Part shown: piece after piece, positions 1 through 9,611 of the stretch | Numbering within the stretch: the first letter of the stretch is position 1 | How the letters are laid out: the number at the start of each line of letters is the position of its first letter | DNA from: a virus | Lineage: Duplodnaviria; Caudoviricetes | IMG/VR virus record: IMGVR_UViG_3300028549_000507 | Location: 136,252-200,251 of that record | Length of the DNA stretch: 64,000 nucleotides | Reading direction: 5' to 3' (one strand) | The notes under the pieces: generated by a model | The model's input: the letters and a program-made list of their open reading frames with translations, nothing else | Databases searched by the model: none | Told to the model about the DNA's origin: nothing | Translations under genes and position numbers: made by a program

Positions 1-221
1 TCTAATGCAGCCTTTACAATAAGTCTACTAAGCGGGTACTTATACGATCTCATAGCTTTTACCATGAAATCATAGTGTTTACTTTCTATAGTATATTTAT
101 CTACACTCTGAGATATGTCAACAAGGGTTCGCATGAGTGACCCTTTGAAGCTTGCGTCCGCTAATTTGAATAGCTCACATGAACTTAATTTATTCAAAAC
201 TTCCTCCAAATTTATTAACAT
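1..221 (-). CDS. Hypothetical protein, N-terminal part (runs off the window start)
   Basis: Open frame MLINLEEVLNKLSSCELFKLAD... from ATG at 221 to the window edge, read by hand; late-type motif at 228-239 directly upstream. Confidence 0.7.
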   Translation of the reverse strand, partial: MLINLEEVLNKLSSCELFKLADASFKGSLMRTLVDISQSVDKYTIESKHYDFMVKAMRSYKYPLSRLIVKAAL

Positions 222-227
222 TTAAAT

Positions 228-239
228 CATTCATATGTT
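228..239 (-). promoter_or_regulatory. Late-type promoter motif AACA-N6-TG
   Basis: Minus strand reads AACA TATGAA TG. Confidence 0.6.
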
Positions 240-260
240 CTTGGCGTCTATTTTATAAAA

Positions 261-295
261 AAAAATGGGTGAGGGTTGAACCCTCACCCATTTTT
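261..295 (-). terminator. Intrinsic terminator after the beta' gene
   Basis: AAAAATGGGTGAGGG-TTGAA-CCCTCACCCATTTTT perfect inverted repeat with T tract. Confidence 0.85.
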
Positions 296-313
296 CTCTT
301 TTCACATTCTCCC

Positions 314-2101
314 CTAAGCGCCTAGAAACTCATTAAGGTTCCAGATATCTTCAGGATCATAGTTGAATGTCTTATTATTTTTATCAAGAGAATCATAGAA
401 ATCTCTTGAAGTTATAATTTTGGTTTTATCAACTTTACTTTCATTAATATGTTCAATTCTATCATAATTAACTTCTGTATCATTGAAATATCCATCTACT
501 TTACATTTCTTATCGATTTCTCGAACAGTTTTGATAGCGATGAATTTCTTATAATTGAATGGAAACTTAATACTACTTTGAATCTCACTAAGAGGTTTGA
601 ACTTATGTTCACCAATAGCGATAGGCTTATACGCTTTATCAAAGAATGATCTTAAGAAACTGTATTCATCTTTAATAAGTGCCATATTAGAATTGTAATA
701 TCCACCAGATCTATCGAGGATAAGTTTAGAAGGTCTAAATCCTTCTTTAAATGCCTCGATAACACAGAGTTCTTTAGGAGCATATACATTCAATACGTCT
801 CCGTCAAAGTCTCCGTTAAATTCAACAAGTGAATTATGCTGGATAGTTAGAATATTATTTTTAGCATCTTTAAATACATCTGCTACTCTTAAGCACTGAA
901 TAGATCCTAGGTCGAAAGATGGGTTTCTGTTAACGATTACCCAGATTCCGTCATCTCGTCTATTATGTACAAGCTTATAAATAATATCAAAGATAAATGG
1001 ATCAACCTCTTCAGAATACTTACATTTATTAACATACACTCGACATTCGGGCGTAGTCATATTTGCAAATATAGGGTTACCAATACCTTTAAGCATACAA
1101 TTTATAATTTCAAGTTCAAACATTCCCATAAAACACTTATAAGACATTTTCACAGAATCAATGTCGTCTATATCTGTTTCGGAAACGATAACCATTCGAC
1201 TACTATACCAAACTCGACCAGAAATAATACTACTTCTAATCAACTTTTCCTTACCAATTAATCTAGAGATAGTCAACTCATAGATCTGCATAAGGTTTCT
1301 TTGGATAGTACCGAGTATCTCCATAGCTTTAATACCCACACGATCTCCTTTTTTAACCAATCTAATATTTGCAATAATCGATATAAGTATCGCATTAATA
1401 TTATGGAAATTGAAAGATACGTTTTTAGTGGAAATAAATCCTGGTCTATGGGCTGGACTCATTACATAAATCTTACTTGAAAAAGTAATATTACGTCTAT
1501 CCATAAGTATCTGATAAAGCTCTGGTTTGGTTGTTGACTGTTTGAAGTATTCCAATACTTCAACATATCGACGTTCAAATTCCATCATACCAATCCCTTT
1601 AAAAGGATTCGCGACATCCTTTTTGAATGTGTCGGGATCTGAAGTATCAAGGTGAATAATCTCATCGATTATAAATGAACGTTTTCTCTTACCAATGTAA
1701 GCTTTAATCTTGTGATAAATTGATGGAATGATTATTTTATATTCCAACAAGTCAATCCACCCTCTACGGAGTAACTCAACGGAATATTTAATCTCAACTA
1801 CAGAAGAACAATCAGGGCACGTCTGACCTTCGTTATATCTTCCTATAAGTTTCCCACAATCACAAGAGTATTCGATAATTTTATTATCAGTTTCAACTGG
1901 AATATTGAATCTTGGGTCAAATACACTATTGTTATTCGGCTTCATGACGTTCTCTCGGATAACATCCGAACTTTCCATCATGATCGGATTGCCCAATTCC
2001 AAGTCTTTTTGATATTCTCTTTCCCAGTCAGAATGATCCATTCTATAAACTGTTCGCGCTATAGAATAGTCGCGTCTAGTTAATTTACTTAAGTCAATCA
2101 A
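314..2101 (-). CDS. rpoC: Phage multisubunit RNA polymerase beta' N-terminal subunit (non-virion type, phiKZ gp55 / AR9 gp270-like)
   Basis: Zn finger SCDCG...CPDC; GRVWYSSRMVIV; NRNPSFDLGSIQ; catalytic FNGDFDGD motif; TTG start after GGAGGG. Confidence 0.93.
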   Translation of the reverse strand: MIDLSKLTRRDYSIARTVYRMDHSDWEREYQKDLELGNPIMMESSDVIRENVMKPNNNSVFDPRFNIPVETDNKIIEYSCDCGKLIGRYNEGQTCPDCSSVVEIKYSVELLRRGWIDLLEYKIIIPSIYHKIKAYIGKRKRSFIIDEIIHLDTSDPDTFKKDVANPFKGIGMMEFERRYVEVLEYFKQSTTKPELYQILMDRRNITFSSKIYVMSPAHRPGFISTKNVSFNFHNINAILISIIANIRLVKKGDRVGIKAMEILGTIQRNLMQIYELTISRLIGKEKLIRSSIISGRVWYSSRMVIVSETDIDDIDSVKMSYKCFMGMFELEIINCMLKGIGNPIFANMTTPECRVYVNKCKYSEEVDPFIFDIIYKLVHNRRDDGIWVIVNRNPSFDLGSIQCLRVADVFKDAKNNILTIQHNSLVEFNGDFDGDVLNVYAPKELCVIEAFKEGFRPSKLILDRSGGYYNSNMALIKDEYSFLRSFFDKAYKPIAIGEHKFKPLSEIQSSIKFPFNYKKFIAIKTVREIDKKCKVDGYFNDTEVNYDRIEHINESKVDKTKIITSRDFYDSLDKNNKTFNYDPEDIWNLNEFLGA

Positions 2102-2129
2102 ACTGCCCTCCGTTTATATAAAAAGAAAA

Positions 2130-2154
2130 AGAGGTTCCCATAAAGGGAACCTCT
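2130..2154 (-). terminator. Hairpin / intrinsic terminator
   Basis: AGAGGTTCCC-ATAAA-GGGAACCTCT followed on the minus strand by a T-rich tract. Confidence 0.75.
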
Positions 2155-2180
2155 CTAAAATAGTAATGGTATCTAGGAAC

Positions 2181-2906
2181 TTAGATAGAACCGAAGCCCA
2201 TACCCATAGGCATTCCCATTCCCATACCCATTCCAGGCATTCCCATTCCCATACCCATGCCGAACTGCTGTGGAGCACCGAATGGACTGAATCCGCCCTG
2301 AGCCTGTTGTGGTTTAGCATTAGGATCTTTCTTAGCGAACGGACTAGTTGGAGCCTGCTGCTGACCGAATCCCATACCCATACCAGGCATTCCCATACCC
2401 ATACCCGGCATTCCCATACCGAACTGAGCGCCACCCATACCCATAGGCATTCCCATTCCCATTCCCATACCCATACCGAACTGAGCACCAAAACCCATAC
2501 CCATCCCCATACCAGAATTCTGCATGATCTGCATTACACGTTCCTGAGGAAGTGCGCCAGAATAAATTGCAACCTGAGGGCTTGTACGTACGATAGCAGA
2601 TTCAAAGATAGCGTTAAGCTCTTTGATTGTTGCTTCATCTTCAGTCACTTCGATACCCTGAGATTTGTAACCTGCAGCAAGGAAGGTTTTGATGTCTTCG
2701 ATCATATAGTGACGACCATATGCACCCTGCTGGGAAGCTGGCTCATACTTGATACCCTTCTGTTGAAGTTGAAGGATGATCCAAGTAGGATCAATCAGAC
2801 TATTGAACTTGCTTTCAGTAATGAGAGCAGAGAGTTCAGTTCCGACTTTTTTAGCAGAAGCATTGGTACCATTTGTTGCCGTACCGGCAGAAGTTTGCTG
2901 AGACAT
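2181..2906 (-). CDS. Protein with small N-terminal globular region and Met/Gly/Phe/Gln-rich prion-like C-terminal half
   Basis: 241 aa; GGAGG RBS; C-terminal MGMGMGMPGMGMGFG, QFGMG and GGFSPFG repeats. Confidence 0.85.
   Translation of the reverse strand: MSQQTSAGTATNGTNASAKKVGTELSALITESKFNSLIDPTWIILQLQQKGIKYEPASQQGAYGRHYMIEDIKTFLAAGYKSQGIEVTEDEATIKELNAIFESAIVRTSPQVAIYSGALPQERVMQIMQNSGMGMGMGFGAQFGMGMGMGMGMPMGMGGAQFGMGMPGMGMGMPGMGMGFGQQQAPTSPFAKKDPNAKPQQAQGGFSPFGAPQQFGMGMGMGMPGMGMGMGMPMGMGFGSI
2198..2515. repeat. Coding hexamer-based tandem repeats (CCCATA/CCCATT) encoding Met-Gly runs
   Basis: Repeated cccatacccat / ggcattcccattccc blocks. Confidence 0.9.
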
Positions 2907-2963
2907 AAACGTCCTCCAAAAGATTTGTTAAAAGAAACTAGAAAAGAGTTATTTTTCTTCCAT

Positions 2964-2975
2964 CAGTATTTTGTT
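2964..2975 (-). promoter_or_regulatory. Late-type promoter motif
   Basis: AACA AAATAC TG upstream of 2906. Confidence 0.5.
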
Positions 2976-3008
2976 ATAATAACAATATTTTTTTATTTAC
3001 TGATAGGA

Positions 3009-3041
3009 GATTGTGACATCTATAAACTAGAAGTCACAATC
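3009..3041. other. Leader stem-loop just downstream of an early-type promoter
   Basis: GATTGTGAC...GTCACAATC 9-bp perfect stem plus inner TCTA/TAGA. Confidence 0.7.
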
Positions 3042-3057
3042 TTATATATAATTGAAA
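3042..3057 (-). promoter_or_regulatory. Early-type AT-rich promoter motif
   Basis: Minus strand TTTCAATTATATATAA; near-identical copy at 5717-5732. Confidence 0.6.
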
Positions 3058-3078
3058 TGTAGGTTTGAATAAATCAAA

Positions 3079-5637
3079 TTACATCATAGGTCCGAATCCG
3101 AAGCCCTGTTGTTGTTGATTAAACCCACCACCGAAACCACCACCGAAACCACCAAACATCTGTTGCTGTTGAGATGCCATCTGTTGCTGTTGCATCATCT
3201 GTTGTTGCATCATTAACTGTTGATCAGGTGTAATGTATTGTCCATTGAAGAACGTTGGGGAATTAAATCCATTTTCCATGTAGTTATTCCCAACTACTTT
3301 ACTCTGATTAGCTTCGATATACTGACGGATACTGCATGGTCCCGAGCACGTAGCAACTACGGTCTGTAATGCTTTAAGTGCGAAAGCGACTTCAACCTTG
3401 GTTCGATAAACCTGAGGCTGTATCACAGTAATATATCCTTCTTTATCCAAGATAGACAATCTAACTCGACGATCGTCCAAGTTCATATTTCTATAATCTT
3501 TGAATTTATCTCCAAGGAACTTTGGAAGAGACTTCTTACCAACAGCACGTCTCCAGTCAATACGGTCACCATCCTTGTTGGTTTTCCGATATTCAGGAGA
3601 TAGTACGAATGTAGGCCAGAAATCACCATTGTACTCAGGAGATCCTTCAAATGGTTCACCTTCCACATAGAACTGTGCAGTAGGTGCTACACCATTCTGT
3701 TCCGATACCGTTTTAATGATTTCATTGAACTGCGCCATGTCTTTATTGACATTTACAGGACGAATACTATCATTCTTAAAGTAACGGGATACAGTAGGAG
3801 ATGGAATCATAGTTCTATTGAATTCATAGTAGATATGAAGTTGTGATTGTGGGAATTCGGATTTAATATTGTGTACAAGTACACCAATAAGAGATCCAAG
3901 ACCATCACGAACGAAAATATCCAATGATTCAATATAGTCTGTAATCGTAACATTGATAGTTCCGTCCGCTTTAGGAGGAATCATAATGAAACGAATTGCC
4001 GCTGTCATATGCATAGACAGATCTTCATACCCGATACTCGCACCTTTGGCAAGAGCGATTCTGTTAGAAATTTCTTTACGATATTTCCATTCATTATCGA
4101 GATTTGGATTATCCCAACGAGAGATAAGAGCAATACTCTTCGTTGCAGCAACATCAACATTACCTGAACAGTTATCAAACGTAAATCTGTCGATTGTCGG
4201 TTTGTCTTTCTCACTTGTAGTGTAGAAATACTGATCACTGTCTTCAATAATGGAAATAGGTTTAAAGATACCTATAACTTTGAGATTAAATGCAATCTGT
4301 TTAGAGATCGATTTAACAACACGGTTAAGGCGTTCGTCACGAATCATATCGGAATAAACGATATACGTCATAACGTCATATTCACAATCACTCTGATCAA
4401 ACGTATAACGTAGACGAGAATTTATCTCATTTTCCGCATGGTAAGATCCACCAGGAATATCTGTATTGATGAAAATCACACGGATAGATCCTTCGAAATC
4501 AACTACAGGACACTCATGTGTTCTTTCATCGATATATAGTTTGTACTTAAGGTCACGAGCTCCGCGTTTCTTAAACAACTTAAGAATACGATCTACAACC
4601 TTTTTAGCATTTGAATCATCATAATCTTCGATAAGATCTGTAAATCTTGAACGAGAAACGATGTTATAGATATGCTCTTCACGTCCATCAATTTTGAATA
4701 CATCGTCTTCAGAAGCTTCTTTGTTCTGATTGATCATATCCTCAATTACAGCATCACGAGTAACCTTAACATCAGCGATTCCACTAAAATCATTAGCTTG
4801 AGATGAGAAGTCTTCATTCTTCTCTTCGACAACTGATTTAGGTTGAGACGCCCAGAAATCTTCACCAAGATCTTCATCGAGATCATCGATAGGATTGGAT
4901 GGAAGATCTTCATTAAGTTCTTCTTCTTCAATCTCATCATCGACAACATCATTTTCATCAACTTCTACATCATCCCCGAATAATCCATCAAGATCATCTT
5001 CATCATCGAAGAATGAACCATACGCTTCACCGGCATTATCCGGAACTTCATCTTGTTTAGCCATTTCCTCTTCCTCTGGTTCGGTGGGGGCTTCGTCCTC
5101 ATCGATTTCAGGTTCATCAACTTGATCAGCAGCAATTTCATCCTCAATAACTTCTTCTACAAGCGATTCTTGAGAAGTTTCTTCAGAATCATTCATCATA
5201 GATGCTCCAGGAGCCATTCCGAGATTGCTACGGAGTTCTTGAAGAGCTTCAACCAATTCCTCTTCAGACAGTCTACATTCAGAATCAGTTTCAGGTACGT
5301 AGAATCTGTACTGATCTAGTGGTTTGAGGTATGAGTTTTTGAACTTAGGAATATCAAATTCCATAAGATCTAACTCTTTGCGATAATCGGAGATACGTTT
5401 CTTAAGAGGAAGATTAGCCCCTTGTACGTATTTACATCCCCCACAAACGTGAACAGATGTTGGATCACCGTCCCGATTCTTGACGGTTTTAGTTCTCTTA
5501 AGCTCTTCAATAGAAGAGCTACTTCTATCCGCAAGACAGCACTTGCAGATAACTTTACCTTCTTCAAGAAAGTACGGTTCAAACCCCACAATCGTGGAGA
5601 GCTCCGAATTCAGTTCTTGTAGGGTGTTGGATTCCAT
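3079..5637 (-). CDS. Multidomain protein: N-terminal Zn finger, long acidic linker, degenerate Hef/Vsr-like plus GNAT-like region, Q/M/FG-rich tail
   Basis: CKCC...CGGC; D/E-rich aa ~125-320; C-terminal QQQMFGGFGGGFGGGFNQQQQGFGFG; start moved to the ATG after GGAGG (track start 5649). Confidence 0.85.
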   Translation of the reverse strand: MESNTLQELNSELSTIVGFEPYFLEEGKVICKCCLADRSSSSIEELKRTKTVKNRDGDPTSVHVCGGCKYVQGANLPLKKRISDYRKELDLMEFDIPKFKNSYLKPLDQYRFYVPETDSECRLSEEELVEALQELRSNLGMAPGASMMNDSEETSQESLVEEVIEDEIAADQVDEPEIDEDEAPTEPEEEEMAKQDEVPDNAGEAYGSFFDDEDDLDGLFGDDVEVDENDVVDDEIEEEELNEDLPSNPIDDLDEDLGEDFWASQPKSVVEEKNEDFSSQANDFSGIADVKVTRDAVIEDMINQNKEASEDDVFKIDGREEHIYNIVSRSRFTDLIEDYDDSNAKKVVDRILKLFKKRGARDLKYKLYIDERTHECPVVDFEGSIRVIFINTDIPGGSYHAENEINSRLRYTFDQSDCEYDVMTYIVYSDMIRDERLNRVVKSISKQIAFNLKVIGIFKPISIIEDSDQYFYTTSEKDKPTIDRFTFDNCSGNVDVAATKSIALISRWDNPNLDNEWKYRKEISNRIALAKGASIGYEDLSMHMTAAIRFIMIPPKADGTINVTITDYIESLDIFVRDGLGSLIGVLVHNIKSEFPQSQLHIYYEFNRTMIPSPTVSRYFKNDSIRPVNVNKDMAQFNEIIKTVSEQNGVAPTAQFYVEGEPFEGSPEYNGDFWPTFVLSPEYRKTNKDGDRIDWRRAVGKKSLPKFLGDKFKDYRNMNLDDRRVRLSILDKEGYITVIQPQVYRTKVEVAFALKALQTVVATCSGPCSIRQYIEANQSKVVGNNYMENGFNSPTFFNGQYITPDQQLMMQQQMMQQQQMASQQQQMFGGFGGGFGGGFNQQQQGFGFGPMM

Positions 5638-5716
5638 ACTAACCTCCATTTAAAACACTTTTTTACACATTAATATATTGACAGTTTAATTAATAATTAT
5701 TTTATAGATCATCACG

Positions 5717-5732
5717 ATATATATAATTGAAA
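5717..5732 (-). promoter_or_regulatory. Early-type promoter motif
   Basis: Minus strand TTTCAATTATATATAT. Confidence 0.6.
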
Positions 5733-5750
5733 GTATGATTTAAATAAAGA

Positions 5751-5776
5751 AAAGAGAGGGATTTCTCCCTCTCTTT
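5751..5776 (-). terminator. Intrinsic terminator (GAAA loop on minus strand)
   Basis: AAAGAGAGGGA-TTTC-TCCCTCTCTTT. Confidence 0.85.
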
Positions 5777-5788
5777 ATAATACAAAGA

Positions 5789-7123
5789 TTAAACTTCTTT
5801 GGTATCTCCAACGAATTTACCATTACCGCCACGACCAAAATCTTTAGAACTAGTACCAGAAGCATCAACTTTAATGTCGATAATTCCTTCTGAAACAGCT
5901 TTCTTAAGAGCTGACTCAACGATAGACAAGATATCACCTTGATCTTTAGTAATTTTGATAGACTCGTTATTGAGGGTGATAGTAAGATTAGATATTTCAG
6001 AAACTTCTTTAGTAAGTTTCACGATGATATCTCTAACGCCATTCAACGATTTAAGACGTTCCGCACTGATACCGCCATCAGCAGTTCCTTCATTACTGTC
6101 AACAAATTTAGCAATACTCTCTGAAACTTTTTCAAGAGTATTGTAAATAGCTTTAACTTTAGTATTTTGATTTTTACCAGACTGTTTTACGAGGTTGGTG
6201 GTAATACTCTGAACAGTTCTAAGCTCAGTACTAAATCCAGAATTAGACCCTTGACGGAGGAAACGTTCACATTGTTTTGTAACTTTAACGTTAACTAGTT
6301 CAGGATCTTTTCTAACAACACTACACGCTTCAGCAAGAACAAGTGCATTTTCAAGATCACCAGAAACTTCATTATCAGCAATAGCACCAGTAATTTCTGT
6401 TTTAAGTTTAGAAATTGCTGTTTCTGTGCCATCTCCGACAGAATCCGCTTTAGAAGTCATGATACTATTAGCTACAGAACCAAGATTGTTAGAGATTTTT
6501 CCTCTATAATCTAGTGATGCATTTGCAGATTCTTGTGCTTTATTGATAGCTTTAGCATGTTCAACTACATTAGCAGAATTAGCAATACGTTTAGCTTCAT
6601 CTTCAGCTTTTTTGGCCAATTTTGCATTTCTCGCTTCGATTCTATTTTTATTGCGCTGAAGATTGTCGGCGTGAGCTGTACTTTTTCTCTTTGCAATAAT
6701 CTCTTCAACAACTTTTTCAACTTTAGGCGCATCGCCTGATTTAAGCTGAGCAACCATCGCTGTTACAACTGTTGCCTTTGCATTGGTTTTTCCAAAAAGA
6801 CCACCAATAATACCACCAATCCATTTAAAGAATCTGGTAAGCAGTTCAATGATTTTGTTGAAAATTTTTTTAACGAATTCAACTACACCTTTGAAAACAT
6901 TTCCAACACCCTCAGTAGAGGTTGTAAAATTTTCAAATCCATAGTTTTCCATAACAAAGAATGCACTTTCGATAGCCATCTGATCACGCACGATCATACC
7001 GTACGATTCAGCAGAATCAAGTCCATCAAGTTCTTCTTCTTCCTGAAGCCCGATTCCATCATATTCTTCTTCAAGACCCATGATAGCAGTTAATTCAGAT
7101 TCAAATGAATTGTAAATACTCAT
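5789..7123 (-). CDS. Putative inner head (ejection) protein with acidic cleavable propeptide
   Basis: Propeptide with many S/A/G-x-E sites ending STE|GVGNVFKGVVEFVKKIFNKIIELLTRFFKW (amphipathic helix), as in phiKZ/SPN3US inner-head families. Confidence 0.7.
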   Translation of the reverse strand: MSIYNSFESELTAIMGLEEEYDGIGLQEEEELDGLDSAESYGMIVRDQMAIESAFFVMENYGFENFTTSTEGVGNVFKGVVEFVKKIFNKIIELLTRFFKWIGGIIGGLFGKTNAKATVVTAMVAQLKSGDAPKVEKVVEEIIAKRKSTAHADNLQRNKNRIEARNAKLAKKAEDEAKRIANSANVVEHAKAINKAQESANASLDYRGKISNNLGSVANSIMTSKADSVGDGTETAISKLKTEITGAIADNEVSGDLENALVLAEACSVVRKDPELVNVKVTKQCERFLRQGSNSGFSTELRTVQSITTNLVKQSGKNQNTKVKAIYNTLEKVSESIAKFVDSNEGTADGGISAERLKSLNGVRDIIVKLTKEVSEISNLTITLNNESIKITKDQGDILSIVESALKKAVSEGIIDIKVDASGTSSKDFGRGGNGKFVGDTKEV

Positions 7124-7185
7124 TATGATTCTCCTTAATAAGTTGTATAAGTTTCAAATTATTTATCTTCGGAAATTTTAAGATT

Positions 7186-8193
7186 TCAATTGTTGATAGA
7201 CTTGATGATTTTCACCATCTCAGCATCTGATTGATTCTGAAGTTTTTCACAATCAATAATCGTTCTACCGAGTTGGATGTTAGCTCCGGTGGCTTTTGAC
7301 ATAACTTTAAGCATATAATTAACTTCTCTGATAACAAACTGTGACGTTTCTTTGTCAGATGGATCCATTTTAGCAATGTCATATTCCAACTCATCCATCA
7401 ATTTGAGAACAGATGTGATGATTTTTTCATTCTCACCAGAACTAAGAAGTTGTGAAGCACGTTTATTGCGTTCTTCGCGTTTGTTATCAATTCTAGACTG
7501 AGTATATGATTTTTTGAGAGTGCTAAATACATCTTTAGCTTTACCAAAGATATTCTTTTTCTTAATCTCTCCAGATACCTGAGTTTCGATAACGGTTTCA
7601 AGCTCTGTACAATCCGTAGAAAGGTCAGGCTTCTCAGTCTTCCCTTTACTTTTCACAAATCCAGAGAACTTTGGAAGTTTAGATTGAATTTTCTTAAGAA
7701 CTTTACCAATTTCAGCTTTACTTGTAGCAATAATCCCGACAACTTCATCCGCTTTCGCAGGGTCAGCTACTTCTTTTTCAGGATCAATATTCTTACCAAG
7801 TTTAGCAGCAGCTTCCGATACAGTTTCTTTATCAGTCTCAGCAATAGTCTTACTATTCTGTCTCCACTCACCTTTTCCAAAGATCCAAAGGAAAGCATTC
7901 TTAATCCATCTGAAAAAACCACGAATGCCATCAAGGATTTTCTTTACTACTTTTTTGATAAAGTTACCAATATCTTTAAGTAAATTACCTTCCATTGAGA
8001 AATTGTCAGATTCGATAGACAAAGTCATAAATGATAATTGTGCTTCAGTAGTAAGTTGGAGTTCGATAAGACTCATAGATTCTTCTATAATATTCAAAGA
8101 ATTACCGTCCACATCCCCATCAAGAAATTCAGCATCTGGATCGTTTTCAATCCCAAATATACTCGTGAGTGCGGCTTCGAGTGAATTGTCCAT
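7186..8193 (-). CDS. Putative inner head protein, paralog-like to 5789-7123
   Basis: MDNSLEAALTSIFGIE... SME|GNLLKDIGNFIKKVVKKILDGIRGFFRWIK; start at the ATG after GAGGAG (track start 8232). Confidence 0.7.
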   Translation of the reverse strand: MDNSLEAALTSIFGIENDPDAEFLDGDVDGNSLNIIEESMSLIELQLTTEAQLSFMTLSIESDNFSMEGNLLKDIGNFIKKVVKKILDGIRGFFRWIKNAFLWIFGKGEWRQNSKTIAETDKETVSEAAAKLGKNIDPEKEVADPAKADEVVGIIATSKAEIGKVLKKIQSKLPKFSGFVKSKGKTEKPDLSTDCTELETVIETQVSGEIKKKNIFGKAKDVFSTLKKSYTQSRIDNKREERNKRASQLLSSGENEKIITSVLKLMDELEYDIAKMDPSDKETSQFVIREVNYMLKVMSKATGANIQLGRTIIDCEKLQNQSDAEMVKIIKSINN

Positions 8194-8229
8194 ATATGGC
8201 TCCTCGGCTATATATTGATTTATTATTAC

Positions 8230-8256
8230 CACTTATTTGTTCAAAACATAATATTG
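8230..8256. promoter_or_regulatory. Back-to-back divergent late-type promoters
   Basis: Minus AACA AATAAG TG (8230-8241); plus AACA TAATAT TG (8245-8256). Confidence 0.65.
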
Positions 8257-8286
8257 ATAACGATAATTCAATAGAAGGGTTTTACA

Positions 8287-9609
8287 ATGAGTAATTACAT
8301 CAATAAGAGTAATGGAAGCTACCTGACAAAATTTGGAAATGTTGATGAGATTTCTTTTAAAAATACTAAGACAGATGATGCTAAAGTATCATCCCTTATA
8401 AGAAATATCTCAGCATCTTCTGATTCACGGAGAAGAGCATTCTCTATATATCAAACAATGGCATCGATTGCTATAACAAAACCCGATTCAACGGGAACCG
8501 TATATCATACTTATAGTGATATCGCTGATATCATTTTCACTCCATTTATCAATGGGTATGGTAAATTTGATAAGAACTTCAACGTGTTTAAAATCACAAA
8601 TGATATTAGAATTAAACTGATTACTCAGTTTAAAAATCTTACAAAATGTCATAGATTGAACGTTGTATTTACTAAATCAACATCAACATATCTCTCAGAA
8701 GAAATCGAATTCTTCTTCAATGATTCAAATATTTCTGCTGGCGATAGCTTTAAATTTAAATTCGGCGCAACAGGGATTACATTATCCGATAAATCGACTA
8801 TTACGATGGTAATACCTATCAGATATATCGAAAATATCATTGAACAAACTTGCAAAAGAGTAATCTCAGACTTCCATGGTAAAGATGTTAAGTTGGAATC
8901 TATGGATCTTCGAGTTAAAAATGCAGTAAGTTCTAAAATTCAAGATAAAGTTGGAAAACGTATCTATGAAAATATGATTGCAGCATTATATAAAGAATTC
9001 ATCTTTAATAACTTTGCGACAAGTACAGTTCGTCTTTGTAAACAGGTCGGAACCGTAAATATCGATACAGCTACAACTGTTGCTATCCAAGGTGAACATG
9101 CGTCATGCTCAAATCTTAGACTCGATCAGATTTCTAACATGTTGAATTCGAGCGATATTAGTGAAATTAATCCATATATGCTTCTTGATATGTTTGAGAT
9201 TTCTGATAAAGAGACTGATTTCTTTGTAAGGAACTTCCTTAGAAGTGAAGATTATGAAAATATTTTGACTCCGAATTATTACAGACTTTCTCTTAAGAAA
9301 GAAGACTATTTGGATGAAGAATCTTGGATCAGTGCTAGTGTAATCCATAATACAAAATTGAACTATATGATTTTGGCACTTATGATTATTACAAAATCTA
9401 GTATAAAAGAGATTGATAGAGCGATATATGTAGATAGAATTCAAGCTGCGGTTAAAACTGCTCTTTCATATTCAACTACATCTGTCGTTACAAATAATAA
9501 AGATGATATTGCTAAAGAAATCTTTGAACAATTGAATCTTATGAATCTATTGTCTAGCAACATTATCAAGCTCAAAAAGATAAATGAATTAATCTCGAAA
9601 GCGATCTAA
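8287..9609 (+). CDS. Hypothetical protein, probably virion-associated (late-type promoter)
   Basis: 440-aa ORF at the head of a plus-strand operon; no family recognised. Confidence 0.8.
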   Translation: MSNYINKSNGSYLTKFGNVDEISFKNTKTDDAKVSSLIRNISASSDSRRRAFSIYQTMASIAITKPDSTGTVYHTYSDIADIIFTPFINGYGKFDKNFNVFKITNDIRIKLITQFKNLTKCHRLNVVFTKSTSTYLSEEIEFFFNDSNISAGDSFKFKFGATGITLSDKSTITMVIPIRYIENIIEQTCKRVISDFHGKDVKLESMDLRVKNAVSSKIQDKVGKRIYENMIAALYKEFIFNNFATSTVRLCKQVGTVNIDTATTVAIQGEHASCSNLRLDQISNMLNSSDISEINPYMLLDMFEISDKETDFFVRNFLRSEDYENILTPNYYRLSLKKEDYLDEESWISASVIHNTKLNYMILALMIITKSSIKEIDRAIYVDRIQAAVKTALSYSTTSVVTNNKDDIAKEIFEQLNLMNLLSSNIIKLKKINELISKAI

Positions 9610-9611
9610 TA

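Noticed and set aside
2114-3062. His/Thr-rich (2166-3062 +) and Trp/Val-rich (2114-2491 -) ORFs
   Set aside because: By-products of the Met-Gly hexamer repeats in other frames; no RBS, and the 2181-2906 frame has a clear GGAGG
2181-5637. Chimallin (nuclear shell protein) expected next to beta'
   Set aside because: Neither protein resembles chimallin in size or recognisable sequence; not called without a profile search
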